This document shows, in pieces, positions 1 to 10,445 of a DNA stretch of 64,000 bases. The number at the start of each line of letters is the position of its first letter. The first letter of the stretch is position 1. The notes beneath the pieces were generated by a model. It saw nothing but the letters and a program-made list of their open reading frames with translations. It was not told the origin of the DNA and made no database searches. The DNA is from a virus: positions 13,299-77,298 of IMG/VR virus record IMGVR_UViG_3300042197_003344; one strand, 5' to 3'. A program made the translations under genes and the position numbers.

Positions 1-219
1 TTGGTCTTCCAAATCAAAACAGGGCTTGCACACTTTTGGTCGTTCGTTGGATAATATCTGTCTACGAACTTCTCGCATAGTATCATTGTTCCATAGTTCT
101 TCTAAACTATTGTTTTGTATGAATCCAATTGGAGCACTGCGACAACAAACTTTAACAGCACCGTCTTCCCTAGTTGCTAATCCTGTAAAAGGATGCATAC
201 AAAATGTTTTACTTGTCAT
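1..219 (-). CDS. SPASM/twitch-domain radical SAM protein, N-terminal part (runs off window)
   Basis: Manual translation MTSKTFCMHPFTGLATREDGAVKVCCRS...CKPCFDLED; same C-x-x-P..CC..CxxC pattern as neighbouring rSAMs. Confidence 0.8.
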   Translation of the reverse strand, partial: MTSKTFCMHPFTGLATREDGAVKVCCRSAPIGFIQNNSLEELWNNDTMREVRRQILSNERPKVCKPCFDLEDQ

Positions 220-1409
220 AAGTACTTTTTAATTTCTTGATAATAGTCGGGAAACGTTTTACCGAAGCTTTCGTTTCGATATTCGTCTCTCTGTTTTACT
301 TCTCGCCAAAATAGTTTCCATTTAACATAATTAAATTTACTATTTTGTAAAAGTTTTATTACAGAATCTCGATCGATCTCCCATTGAGGATTTTTACTTT
401 TATGTTCTAACAATCTTTTTATTATAACTAGTTTTAATTTATTCGGCATAAATTTTATACTTCTTCCATCATGAACATTGTTTAATATTACCAAAGAACT
501 ATTATTTGTACAATATTCATACGTTTCGGCTAAATCCCAGATACTAAACATAGACACAGATATCACAGTATTAATTTGCCAAGAAGGATCAAATTTTTTA
601 ATTCTCTGTAAATTTTTTTCCCATGTTATAAAATTTCCCGGATGCCGAATATACGTAAATTTTTCATTAACAGCATCTATACTAAAATTTAAAACTACAT
701 GATCAAATTCTTTTAGATAATGAATAGTTTTTTCAGGATACAAAGTTCCATTAGTATTATAAGTAATTTCCATATTTTTTGAATATCCCAAATCTATTAT
801 TTTTGTTATAAATTGTTGATTGTACTTAACATACATAGGTTCCCCACCGGAAAATTGCAGTCGAATTACTTCAGGAAAAATTTTTAAAACATCTTTCCAA
901 AAATAATCATTTTCGGGATGAAAACTTTCTTCTCTAATTTTAGAACTGTTGTCTAATAAAACTTTAATTTTACTAACTGTTGATCTTTTTAATTCTTCAA
1001 TTTCGAATTGACTGGATCTATTTTCCCAACATATTCTGCATTTCAAATTACAGGTATTTCCTAATGCTATGTAAGCTAATTTAGGAAGCTGATTATTATC
1101 GGATACTAAATGTCCCCATACTCTGTTACTAATCATTCTAAGACTTTCTTTTCCAGAATCTTCGTCTTCCCAGCATTGATGGCAACTTTTTACTCTTATT
1201 CCAGAATCTAAATTTTTAATGAGTTTTTTTCTATCTTCGCTATTCCAAAAATTTATTATAGATTCTTTGTTTATTGTTGAATTCTTTTTTGCTGTGAGAT
1301 AACTATAGGTAGGATTTTTACAACACGGAGTAACTCGACCGTCTGACTCGACATTAAGATTAAGATACGGATTTACACACCAAGTATTGCTTTTATTTTC
1401 AATGTTCAT
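216..1409 (-). CDS. Radical SAM protein with N-terminal SPASM/twitch domain
   Basis: CNLKCRIC, GGEP, TNGT; likely start MNIENK at 1409. Confidence 0.9.
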   Translation of the reverse strand: MNIENKSNTWCVNPYLNLNVESDGRVTPCCKNPTYSYLTAKKNSTINKESIINFWNSEDRKKLIKNLDSGIRVKSCHQCWEDEDSGKESLRMISNRVWGHLVSDNNQLPKLAYIALGNTCNLKCRICWENRSSQFEIEELKRSTVSKIKVLLDNSSKIREESFHPENDYFWKDVLKIFPEVIRLQFSGGEPMYVKYNQQFITKIIDLGYSKNMEITYNTNGTLYPEKTIHYLKEFDHVVLNFSIDAVNEKFTYIRHPGNFITWEKNLQRIKKFDPSWQINTVISVSMFSIWDLAETYEYCTNNSSLVILNNVHDGRSIKFMPNKLKLVIIKRLLEHKSKNPQWEIDRDSVIKLLQNSKFNYVKWKLFWREVKQRDEYRNESFGKTFPDYYQEIKKYL

Positions 1410-2082
1410 TTTTTTTAATTGCCCATTCTCTTTCTTTACACCAGAAACATTTTCCGCATAATGGAATGTGTTGTCCTGACTTATAAGTTTTATAGTTAAT
1501 ACCTTCAAATTCTCCTTCGCAACTTCTAGTTAAATTTAAAAGGTCTTTTATACGGTATTTGTAATATTGTTTTATAATCCAATCTTTTCTAGTACGAACA
1601 AAAGGATGACAGATATGTATTCCGTCATGAATAAAGTGAGGAGGGATATGTCCTTCGTCCCGATCACTTAGCGATCCTTCAATTTTAATATCCGGGTTTC
1701 GATTAATTCCGCCGTAAATTGCATCTAACTTATATTTGTGAGCGATATATTCGTTGTGTGATCTTAAAATAATTTGATTACCACTCTTTAATTTTCCGTA
1801 TTCGTCCACGATTGTAGGACCTTTATCTGCCCACTCTAATTCGGGGGGAATAAGATTTCGATGAACATAAAATTTATTTTTGAAGTGACTTTTAAACCAA
1901 TCTATTACTTGATCGGCAATGTATTCTTGCCACGGTCTAGTTCTCCATAAGCGGATCTGATTTGTAAAGTGTATTTCTGCATCAGTCTCGGAACAAATTA
2001 AGAAGGCTAAAAGAGTACTGTCAGCACCACCGCTAATGCTTATTCCAATTCTTTTCCAATTTTTATCTATAAAAAGGTTCAT
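1399..2082 (-). CDS. QueC-like PP-loop ATPase
   Basis: SGGADS PP-loop; C-terminal TRSC...CGKCFWC Zn motif. Confidence 0.7.
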   Translation of the reverse strand: MNLFIDKNWKRIGISISGGADSTLLAFLICSETDAEIHFTNQIRLWRTRPWQEYIADQVIDWFKSHFKNKFYVHRNLIPPELEWADKGPTIVDEYGKLKSGNQIILRSHNEYIAHKYKLDAIYGGINRNPDIKIEGSLSDRDEGHIPPHFIHDGIHICHPFVRTRKDWIIKQYYKYRIKDLLNLTRSCEGEFEGINYKTYKSGQHIPLCGKCFWCKEREWAIKKNEH

Positions 2083-2125
2083 AAATATATTTACACTATA
2101 ATATTAGCATATAAATATTTCGCCG

Positions 2126-2794
2126 ATGTTAAATCAATTATCTCATTATGTGGAATCTGATATAGTCGATAAATGTATTGAGTTATGTTCAGATTTCAAC
2201 GAATGTACTTCGCTTAATCAACCAACAGGAAATTTTTTTTACGACACTTGGAAAATTAAAAATGAGTACACAGGTACCGCTTGGCAAAAATTATTAGAAT
2301 CTTTACCTTATAATTTAGGAGAAGCTAGGATAATTAAACTGGTTCCGGGCGAAACCTATATGTCACACGCAGACATAGATAATAGATGGCACCTGAATCT
2401 AACAGGAGAACAATCTTATTTGATCGATTTAGAAAGTAAATCTATGCATCATTTACAAAAAGATTATAAATGGTATAGTATGGATGCAAGTAAGATCCAT
2501 GTTGCAGCAAATTTTGGATCTAAAAATCGTTTTCAGGTAGTGATAAGACAACTATTAACTAAATCATCGTTATCTAAATTTGTATTTGTAAAAATAGAAC
2601 CTAGTCGCGAACAACACGACTATAGATATAAGTTTGATCAGATCATAAGCCCTTTTCTAAATAAGGCAAATAAGAACAATTTTTTAAGAAATTTTCAATT
2701 TGAAAAAAACACCGTGACTTTTGAAATAGCAGAACAAGAAATAGAAAATTTTAAAAAAATAATTACAAAAGACTTTGGAGTTTTTTATGCCTAA
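2126..2794 (+). CDS. Fe(II)/2OG dioxygenase-like protein (Asp/Asn beta-hydroxylase family)
   Basis: HADID...H(VAANFG)...R facial-triad pattern. Confidence 0.7.
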   Translation: MLNQLSHYVESDIVDKCIELCSDFNECTSLNQPTGNFFYDTWKIKNEYTGTAWQKLLESLPYNLGEARIIKLVPGETYMSHADIDNRWHLNLTGEQSYLIDLESKSMHHLQKDYKWYSMDASKIHVAANFGSKNRFQVVIRQLLTKSSLSKFVFVKIEPSREQHDYRYKFDQIISPFLNKANKNNFLRNFQFEKNTVTFEIAEQEIENFKKIITKDFGVFYA

Positions 2795-3248
2795 GGTAAT
2801 CATCACTGGGAACACCAGAGGTATAGGACTAGAGTTCTCTAATTATTTTTTAAAAAAGGAATGGACTGTTGTTGGCTTTAACAGAAAAACTAGTTTAGAT
2901 AAAGTAATCATTGAATCAGAAAATTGTGATTTGTTTATAAACAATGCTTACGCTGACGGGATTCAAATTAAATTTTTAAATGAACTCCATGACAAGGTAA
3001 AAAAAATGATAGTTTGTGGGAGTGTGGCAGCATTTTATCCTGATTCAAGAATGATTGAATATTCAGAAAACAAAAAAAAATTAGCACAACGAGTTAGAGA
3101 ATTATCTAAATCTAATATTCTTATGCTTCACTTAAGTGCCAAGGGATATAACAACACAGATGCTATTTTTAAAATATTAGACCTATGGTTAGAGCATCCT
3201 CATATCGTTGAAATAATGTTTGATCCTACCGGAGAACCTAATGGATAA
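2787..3248 (+). CDS. Short-chain dehydrogenase/reductase-like (compact)
   Basis: ITGNTRGIG, INNA, YxxxK (YSENK). Confidence 0.75.
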   Translation: MPKVIITGNTRGIGLEFSNYFLKKEWTVVGFNRKTSLDKVIIESENCDLFINNAYADGIQIKFLNELHDKVKKMIVCGSVAAFYPDSRMIEYSENKKKLAQRVRELSKSNILMLHLSAKGYNNTDAIFKILDLWLEHPHIVEIMFDPTGEPNG

Positions 3249-3840
3249 AAAAATAATAATCACCGGACATACTCAGGGCTTAGGTAAATCTATTTACGAC
3301 AAATTTAAAGAAATTAGCTGTCGAGAAATTATAGGTATGAGTCGTAGTAACGGTTACGATATCGATAAAAATTTTGATCGAATTGTCGAAGAGGCAACTG
3401 GTGCAGAACTGTTTATTAACAATGCTTATCGTGATAAACAGCAGTTAAAATTGTTTAATGCCCTTAAGAACAAGGTAGACATGATGGTAGTTATGGGCAG
3501 TGTTAGTAGATTTTATCCAGAATTAATACCCACTCAATATGTACACGATAAACAAGAATTAGCAGAAGCATGTAGATTAGAAAGTTTAAAACCTAATGGT
3601 ATTCCTATACTACATTTAGATCTAGGATTTATAGAAGGAACAGAAATAAACGAAAACGACTCTACTTCGTTTGTCAGTGATTTTAATACCAGTAAAAACG
3701 ATATCGTTGATACTATTATATTTTGGGCACAAAAACCTTGTATACGTCAAATAGAATTTCGATGGAAGTTAACCGATCATGTGTACTCTGAATTAAAAAG
3801 AATTAATCCTAATTTAGATCCATCTAGGGTAACGTTCTAA
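3241..3840 (+). CDS. Short-chain dehydrogenase/reductase-like
   Basis: ITGHTQGLG, INNA, YVHDK. Confidence 0.75.
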   Translation: MDKKIIITGHTQGLGKSIYDKFKEISCREIIGMSRSNGYDIDKNFDRIVEEATGAELFINNAYRDKQQLKLFNALKNKVDMMVVMGSVSRFYPELIPTQYVHDKQELAEACRLESLKPNGIPILHLDLGFIEGTEINENDSTSFVSDFNTSKNDIVDTIIFWAQKPCIRQIEFRWKLTDHVYSELKRINPNLDPSRVTF

Positions 3841-4371
3841 ATTTTCTAAAAATCTATCACCATAAATTTTCCACACTGTCTGGTTGGTATATCTGTAATA
3901 TACTTCTTTTACACGTTCAACGATACCTAATTTTTCTAAAGTAGGAAAATAATATCTATGAACTAATCGTTGACTGGCAGCTTTGCTGTCATTGGAGGTA
4001 GCATAGATATTTTCAGTACCGGTCCAAGAAATACAGGCAGGTAATAAAAATTGATCAGTAAGATTTTGATGTTCAGCGATAAGACGTTGAGGAGTTATTA
4101 AACCGTAATTAGGTCGAGCAGTACCAAAGGTACAGGTTCTAGCTAGAACTCTATAACTACCGTACCCCATAACATCGTCAAATGTATGAGCTACTACACT
4201 GCCTATAGCTTTGTCGTCTTGATACAGTATCCACGCTTTCCATAACTTTTCATTCTTAAAGCAATCTATCATTGCTTTTTGACTTAGGTTATTAACAAAG
4301 CCTCGTTGTTCAGCTTCTTTATAAAAGTCGGTAAGATCTAACTCCGGGTTCCATTCAACGATATTATACAT
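3814..4371 (-). CDS. GNAT-like acyltransferase (putative)
   Basis: WILYQDDKAIGSVVAH...YRVLARTC strand pattern; likely start MYNIVEW. Confidence 0.45.
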   Translation of the reverse strand: MYNIVEWNPELDLTDFYKEAEQRGFVNNLSQKAMIDCFKNEKLWKAWILYQDDKAIGSVVAHTFDDVMGYGSYRVLARTCTFGTARPNYGLITPQRLIAEHQNLTDQFLLPACISWTGTENIYATSNDSKAASQRLVHRYYFPTLEKLGIVERVKEVYYRYTNQTVWKIYGDRFLENLERYPRWI

Positions 4372-5059
4372 ATAATTTCTTACATTCGTCCATGAAGTCT
4401 GTAGGAAAGTTTGTTTTAAAACTCTCAAATGCTAATAGTTGTATATCTTTAAAAGGTGTAGGCTGATCTACATTTATGCCAGCAGCCTTCATTTTAGGAA
4501 ATAGATCTGCTTGTCTGTCTTCGCTGATGTGACTCATGACATCACGCAGACTAATTTGTGTGTCGTTATCTTTATAACAGAAGAAGTAATTAATACTTTT
4601 TAGTTGTCCGTCTACAATAAAATAGCTGCTGGGATGTAGACTATATTTGTATATACCTAAACTTTTATGCGCGATAAAAATACGCATCATTTGTTCTCGC
4701 CAATTAGGCAGAACACTATCGTAATCTTGTTTTATAGGATCGGCCCTTTGCCAAAAATCGTCTCCGTCGATTTTTAGGTATAACTTCCTTTCTTCGTGAT
4801 TAATTTCTAAAATCTTTGGAGCCATATCAGGATACTTCCATGCCATTTCAATTAAAAATTTTACTTCGCGATCCCATTTTTCTTGCATTAATTCAGGATC
4901 CACGACCTGATTCTGACCTCGATGATAATCGGTATCATTATGGTACCATTGACAAAACGTTTTCTTATCTTTGCTGATAAGACTTGTATAAATTAAATTA
5001 TTTCTACATAAACCCTTTCCGGGAACATTATTGTAGTAGTATTCGAATTCCGTTTTCAT
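4364..5059 (-). CDS. Kinase-fold (APH/protein kinase-like) protein, degenerate
   Basis: REVKFL..APKILE..SLHPSSYFIVDGQLKSINY resembles catalytic-loop and DFG regions. Confidence 0.45.
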   Translation of the reverse strand: MKTEFEYYYNNVPGKGLCRNNLIYTSLISKDKKTFCQWYHNDTDYHRGQNQVVDPELMQEKWDREVKFLIEMAWKYPDMAPKILEINHEERKLYLKIDGDDFWQRADPIKQDYDSVLPNWREQMMRIFIAHKSLGIYKYSLHPSSYFIVDGQLKSINYFFCYKDNDTQISLRDVMSHISEDRQADLFPKMKAAGINVDQPTPFKDIQLLAFESFKTNFPTDFMDECKKLYV

Positions 5060-5086
5060 GCACATACTTAGTAGATAAGTAGTTGT

Positions 5087-5902
5087 ATGATTAGAGGTAT
5101 TGGCGGAAAGCCTTATATAAATTTAGATCCGTTTTTGGATATAAAAAGTTTCATAGATTTGCATGCAGAAATGTGTAAAGGTTTTGCTTTGGCTAGAGAT
5201 TATGCCAAAGAGGGAACTTGGATGAAACCTGGATTTGATCAAGGCAGAGGCAGTTATACATGGGATTGGAAACCAATCTATAAAGCACACGAAGAATATC
5301 TAGCATTACCTGAAGACCATCCAATAAAGATACAGGGCAAAGAAATCTATCCTACAGATTTTAAAGATTACAAACAACGTAATTTATTCACACGATATTT
5401 AAAAAGTGCTCTTGGTGCTAACGATCCATACATCTATTACTTCCTATGGAACGAAGGCGATTGGAATGAACGAAACGCCGAAAGACAAAAGACTGAAGAA
5501 AGTCGATTTTTTCCAAGTGTTGTCCGTTGGGTAGAGAATTTACAACAACAGAATATTATTGACCGTATTGGCCGTGTTATATTTTTCTTGTGCGATCATA
5601 ACGGAAAGGCTTTTGAACATAGAGACCTCGATGCTAAGAATGGTGTTTTTGAAAACGATTATTATACACCGCACAATAATGAATTTATACATATAAGATA
5701 TCGAACTAAACGAGGATTTTATATATGGGATCCTGACACACAGAACAAACATTATGTAAATTCGCACTCTGCTTTTTGGAACGATCAAGATTGGCACGGC
5801 GGCGAATCTAGTTTAGAACAAGAGTACGGTCTAAGAATAGATTGTAAGTTTACTGATAGTTTTCGTCAAACTTTAGGAATCGATCATCTGGAGAGTTATT
5901 AA
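5087..5902 (+). CDS. Fe(II)/2OG dioxygenase-like protein
   Basis: HRD ... WHGG ... R motif. Confidence 0.6.
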   Translation: MIRGIGGKPYINLDPFLDIKSFIDLHAEMCKGFALARDYAKEGTWMKPGFDQGRGSYTWDWKPIYKAHEEYLALPEDHPIKIQGKEIYPTDFKDYKQRNLFTRYLKSALGANDPYIYYFLWNEGDWNERNAERQKTEESRFFPSVVRWVENLQQQNIIDRIGRVIFFLCDHNGKAFEHRDLDAKNGVFENDYYTPHNNEFIHIRYRTKRGFYIWDPDTQNKHYVNSHSAFWNDQDWHGGESSLEQEYGLRIDCKFTDSFRQTLGIDHLESY

Positions 5903-7062
5903 TGTCTGAATCTTATTGCCCCTTACCGTGGTTAGGATTAAATGTTTTACCCGATGGAATAATTAACCCATGCTGTCAATGGTCGGGCGAATATAAAAAG
6001 GTTGACTTGCAAAATATTAAACGATCTGATATCACTAGTATGTTTGATGAGATTAGACATGATATGATCTTGGGCAAAGAAATCAAAGGATGTTTTCAAT
6101 GTAAATCAGCTGAACAAGCCGGAGCAATATCTAGAAGACAAGAAGCTTTAAAACAGTACGGGATAGTAAACACTGTAAAAACGAAGGTGTTAGATATTAA
6201 TTTTGATAATGTTTGTAATTTAAAATGCAGAGGTTGTTGTAGTTCATCTAGTCATTTATGGTTCAATGATGAACTAGAAATATACGGAAAAACTTTTGCC
6301 GATAAAAAATATCGAGAAAATTATTTGAACATCGAATACGATGATTTAGAAGTGTTAAACATTAGCGGAGGAGAACCTTTTCTGTCTAAAGAATTTAATA
6401 ATCTCTCATCGAAATTATTAGAAAAAAATATAGCAAATAATTTACAACTAATTATTTCTACCAATGGAACAATTTTACCTTCGGAAAATATTTTTAGATT
6501 ATTTAAAGAAGTAAAACAACTAAATCTTAATATCAGTATTGACGGTATTGGTTATCTTAATCAATACTTTAGAAGTGGCGCGGAATTTAATATTTGTTTA
6601 AATACTCTAAATTATTTAAAAATTTTAAAGGAATTAAGAAAAAATAAAGTAACTAAGTTAAATGTTCATACTACTGTTTCAATTTATAACGTTAACTTGT
6701 TAGGTGAAATTAAAAGTTTTTTTGAAACTCATTTTCCTGAGTTTAGTTACAGTCATAGAATCTTATATTGGCCTGAGCAATTATGCATTCGATATATGCC
6801 GTCTGATCTAAAAAAATTAGTTAGGCCGTATGTGATTGATTTAGGCAACGATTACATCGACGTAATTAATGAATTAGATACAGACGCTGAAGATTATTTT
6901 AATCATTTTTTGAATTTTCACCATACGCTAGATAGAATACGTTTAGAAAATTTAAGAGACGCTAACAAACTTCTTTCTGACTATATTTCTAATAAAAATA
7001 CAAAAATAAACAGTAAGACATTTTTTGTCAAGCAAATGAATTTATTAAAATGCGGTATGTAG
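5902..7062 (+). CDS. Radical SAM protein with N-terminal SPASM/twitch domain
   Basis: CPLPW..PCC, CNLKCRGC, GGEP, TNGT. Confidence 0.9.
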   Translation: MSESYCPLPWLGLNVLPDGIINPCCQWSGEYKKVDLQNIKRSDITSMFDEIRHDMILGKEIKGCFQCKSAEQAGAISRRQEALKQYGIVNTVKTKVLDINFDNVCNLKCRGCCSSSSHLWFNDELEIYGKTFADKKYRENYLNIEYDDLEVLNISGGEPFLSKEFNNLSSKLLEKNIANNLQLIISTNGTILPSENIFRLFKEVKQLNLNISIDGIGYLNQYFRSGAEFNICLNTLNYLKILKELRKNKVTKLNVHTTVSIYNVNLLGEIKSFFETHFPEFSYSHRILYWPEQLCIRYMPSDLKKLVRPYVIDLGNDYIDVINELDTDAEDYFNHFLNFHHTLDRIRLENLRDANKLLSDYISNKNTKINSKTFFVKQMNLLKCGM

Positions 7063-7544
7063 GAAATTACTCTCATTGGATTGATCCATTATGGGAACAT
7101 CTAATTTTATCTAAAGATGGTCAAGCCCGTCCTAGAGATTGGCCACCGTCGAGCGCCGCCGAATCTTCTGAATATTTAAAATATCAAACAGCCGGATATG
7201 ATTTAACTGCTGTTAATTGGTGGGTGTATGAAGAAAAAGATCTAAACATCAATATTGATTTGCCTTGGGATCACTCTAAAATTCATTGGTGGTTTGTAAA
7301 AATGATGCCGGGACAATTTATGCCCGTACACACTGATCCGCATACACATTATGATAAATGTAAAAGATATTGGATCCCTTTACAAGATTATCAATTAGGT
7401 CACATATTTCTTTATGAAGATGAAATGATAAAAAATTATAAAGCGGGAGATGTTTTTATATTTGAAAACGCAATGGCAAATCATGGGGCGGCTAATATAG
7501 GACACTCTCCTAGAATAACTTTGTTAATAACTGAGTATTTATAA
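7050..7544 (+). CDS. Fe(II)/2OG dioxygenase-like protein
   Basis: HTD...HGAANIG..R. Confidence 0.75.
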   Translation: MRYVGNYSHWIDPLWEHLILSKDGQARPRDWPPSSAAESSEYLKYQTAGYDLTAVNWWVYEEKDLNINIDLPWDHSKIHWWFVKMMPGQFMPVHTDPHTHYDKCKRYWIPLQDYQLGHIFLYEDEMIKNYKAGDVFIFENAMANHGAANIGHSPRITLLITEYL

Positions 7545-8666
7545 ATCAGCATTTTCAGCAGGATGCCCATCGTTTGCTTTCATAGTAAAGTTAATATCGA
7601 TATTTTTAACTTTATTTTTTAAAGTATCTACTAATCTATTTTGAGAGTTTAATCTATATTCTAATGAGTATTTTGATGCTGTGCCTTCATAGCAAAAAAT
7701 ATTTGATAAATTTATAAAAGTTGATAAATCTAAATTTAAATGATCTAATAGATTTAAGTCATGGAGTAGATCTGTTTTTATAAATTTGTATTCTATATTA
7801 TTTTTTCTAATACAGTTTTCTTTATAATAGTCTAATGCTTTTTGATTATAATCATAAAAAATTACAATTCCTTCTTTTATTAAATCAAGATACAATGTGC
7901 CGCTTGCCGGAATTACTATTTGATTGTAGATTTTTGTTACACCAGTAGACCATTCTGTATTTTTAGTGTGGATTAGCTCATTTTTACAAAAATCTAATTT
8001 ATAATCAATATAATTTTTATGTTTGTTGAATTCCTCTTCAACTTCTGGATAATAATGTTTTTTACTATTCCTTATATTGTCATCAAAAACCAAGACGGGA
8101 AGATCGTTTTCAAACGCCAGTTTTAAAATATTCCATCCGTGGCATTTATGATCATAGGTTTTGAGTTCATTACCTTTGGTTACTATTATCGGAGTATAAT
8201 CGTCATGAAAATTATTCGAACTTCGCAACGGTTCTATCTGTATGTGAGATTCGTTGAGCATTGATTTTCCGATCTCAGGACATCCCAATGCACGATAGTA
8301 TTTTAAATTAATAACATAACATTGATGGTGTAGTTCGTAGTAGGCATTATGTTTCGTTCTATCTAAAATATGGCCTGCGATAAAGAAATCTTTATCTAGT
8401 AAATTATTGAGGGCGTTAAAAAAATTAAAACCATTTATGTATTCTGTTCCGGGACTCATTACTATAGCATAATCATATTCGTTTGCTTTTTTTAAAAGAA
8501 GATCTTCGTCTTTGCCAATTAGTACTTTATATCCTTTAATGTAGAGGTTAGATATTGTGAAGTCTAAAATATTTTGTATTGTTTCTTTTATTTCTTTAGT
8601 TGCGTAGGATGAAATATCGTTAACAATACAAAAAACAATATTGTGTTTATTTTTTGTATTATTCAT
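7539..8666 (-). CDS. Hypothetical protein (possible glycosyltransferase-like N-terminus plus methyltransferase-like C-terminus)
   Basis: 375-aa ORF; ELHHQC motif; C-terminal FYDYN..INLSNIF Rossmann-like pattern. Confidence 0.4.
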   Translation of the reverse strand: MNNTKNKHNIVFCIVNDISSYATKEIKETIQNILDFTISNLYIKGYKVLIGKDEDLLLKKANEYDYAIVMSPGTEYINGFNFFNALNNLLDKDFFIAGHILDRTKHNAYYELHHQCYVINLKYYRALGCPEIGKSMLNESHIQIEPLRSSNNFHDDYTPIIVTKGNELKTYDHKCHGWNILKLAFENDLPVLVFDDNIRNSKKHYYPEVEEEFNKHKNYIDYKLDFCKNELIHTKNTEWSTGVTKIYNQIVIPASGTLYLDLIKEGIVIFYDYNQKALDYYKENCIRKNNIEYKFIKTDLLHDLNLLDHLNLDLSTFINLSNIFCYEGTASKYSLEYRLNSQNRLVDTLKNKVKNIDINFTMKANDGHPAENADL

Positions 8667-9673
8667 TTTCTTTGAAATTTTATTGGAAGAACGTTTTTTT
8701 CGGTTAATAATACTTCATGAATACTTGAAGGACACATCGAACATTCTTCTATTGGTTTAAATTTAGAAATAGAAAATTTTAGAGTATCGTCGTAAGAGCA
8801 TGATGTTAAATCTAAAGGCCTATATCTTATAAATTTCCCCCATTCGATATCGTTGATAGAATCATGTTTTGTAAGAAATTGTTTAAGTGTTCCTAGAGCT
8901 GCACATTTATATAATTTTTTATCATACATAAATGTACAGTAACAGCTAGGACAATTATTAAAATATGACTTATTAATATCTTCTGAAAGAAAAGGCTTTG
9001 GGTTATTATCTTTCATATAGTAATGTTTTACGTGAATAGGTTGTTCGTGTAAAAAGATTCCGTAATTGCCGTTCCAAAATAAGATATTATCAGTTGGTTG
9101 TTTTAATTTATTTTCCTTTGCTGAATAATTTACCTCTTTATAGTTTTCAATTTCTTCCCAATAATTTTTCCAATCGTTGTCGTTTGGTCGTTTGTACATT
9201 ATTTCAGTCCAAAATAAATCACTGTTTACCTTGCTGATATTCATAGATTTGGCTAACTGGATACAAGAATCAAGGATCGACAAAGATTTTTTGTTATTTT
9301 CAAAGAGTTTGAAATGATCACTTACCATTAGTAAAACTTTGTATTTGGGTAATATTGAAGATAAAAACTCTATATTTTTTGAAATAAGTTCGCCATTTGT
9401 GGGTAAAAATATCAACGTGTCATTATCAATACTTCTAATATAATCTAATATAGATACAATTTTATCTTTATAAAGTAAAGGTTCTCCTCCTAGTAGACTA
9501 AAGATTTCAATATCAAATTTTTTTGATGCTAACAGAATACCTTCTTTGATAGATAAAATATTCGGATCAAACTCGCCCTTCCTGAAATCATCGCTTCTTG
9601 TATCGCATTGATCACAGGCAAGCTGGCATCTGCTTCCATAAAAAATATCAAGAATTTTTATACTGGGTTTCAT
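8663..9673 (-). CDS. Radical SAM protein
   Basis: CQLACDQC, LLGGEPLL, TNG, C-terminal KC..CSMCP. Confidence 0.9.
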   Translation of the reverse strand: MKPSIKILDIFYGSRCQLACDQCDTRSDDFRKGEFDPNILSIKEGILLASKKFDIEIFSLLGGEPLLYKDKIVSILDYIRSIDNDTLIFLPTNGELISKNIEFLSSILPKYKVLLMVSDHFKLFENNKKSLSILDSCIQLAKSMNISKVNSDLFWTEIMYKRPNDNDWKNYWEEIENYKEVNYSAKENKLKQPTDNILFWNGNYGIFLHEQPIHVKHYYMKDNNPKPFLSEDINKSYFNNCPSCYCTFMYDKKLYKCAALGTLKQFLTKHDSINDIEWGKFIRYRPLDLTSCSYDDTLKFSISKFKPIEECSMCPSSIHEVLLTEKNVLPIKFQRK

Positions 9674-10406
9674 AAGATTTTTTATAACTTTTTGCAATTA
9701 ACTTAACGAAATCATTTAATCGTTGACCGGGTATTCCGTGAGCTATTAAATGTATTCTTGAATCATTATTAAAATTTATAACACTATGATAATTTCTTAT
9801 GTTGACAATAAAAAATTTACCTTCTTTCCACGGAACACAACCGAGACCTTGTAGTGTCATGTAACAATCAGGAGGGTGTGAGATGGCCACGTTAATGGGC
9901 ACACCAAATTCTAATGCATCAAAATTTTCCTCACCTGGAAGTTTACCGGGCATATCACTATGAGGTACGATAGCACTGTTTGATTCCAACTCCATAAAAC
10001 GAATTCGACGATAAGATTCATATGGAAAATTTTCCCAAAAAGATTTAATCATCGGTGTAAATTGTGATATTTCAGTCCAACGATACGGAACATCAATTTC
10101 GTTATTAAAACCGTATTTGGTCCAAGCTCCGGTTTTGTCAACATCTATACCGTGTATGCAACAGCTATTCCAGCCGTCATTATTTTCTTCTCTATGAGGT
10201 ACCAAATACTTATGTGCATAAGCAGCTTCATATTTCCAAGAATCGATGTCTATTTCGATATCTAATTCTAACCAACTAAAATTGCTTTTGTTTAATAACC
10301 AATCTGCAATTTCAAAATCAGATACAATATTTTCTGGTAATTTAGGCAAAGAACTTTTATATTCTTTATTTGAATTATAAAAATCAAGAGATTGGAAACT
10401 TATCAT
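9648..10406 (-). CDS. Asp/Asn beta-hydroxylase-like Fe(II)/2OG dioxygenase
   Basis: PHSD...HSVIN...RIHLI. Confidence 0.8.
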   Translation of the reverse strand: MISFQSLDFYNSNKEYKSSLPKLPENIVSDFEIADWLLNKSNFSWLELDIEIDIDSWKYEAAYAHKYLVPHREENNDGWNSCCIHGIDVDKTGAWTKYGFNNEIDVPYRWTEISQFTPMIKSFWENFPYESYRRIRFMELESNSAIVPHSDMPGKLPGEENFDALEFGVPINVAISHPPDCYMTLQGLGCVPWKEGKFFIVNIRNYHSVINFNNDSRIHLIAHGIPGQRLNDFVKLIAKSYKKSYETQYKNS

Positions 10407-10445
10407 AATAATAATTATCCTTAAAAAAAGCAGTTAAATACAGTC

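Noticed and set aside
1399-2082. 7-deazaguanine DNA modification pathway
   Set aside because: Only a QueC-like fold is present; no folE, queD or dpdA recognisable in the window, and the rSAMs do not look like QueE.
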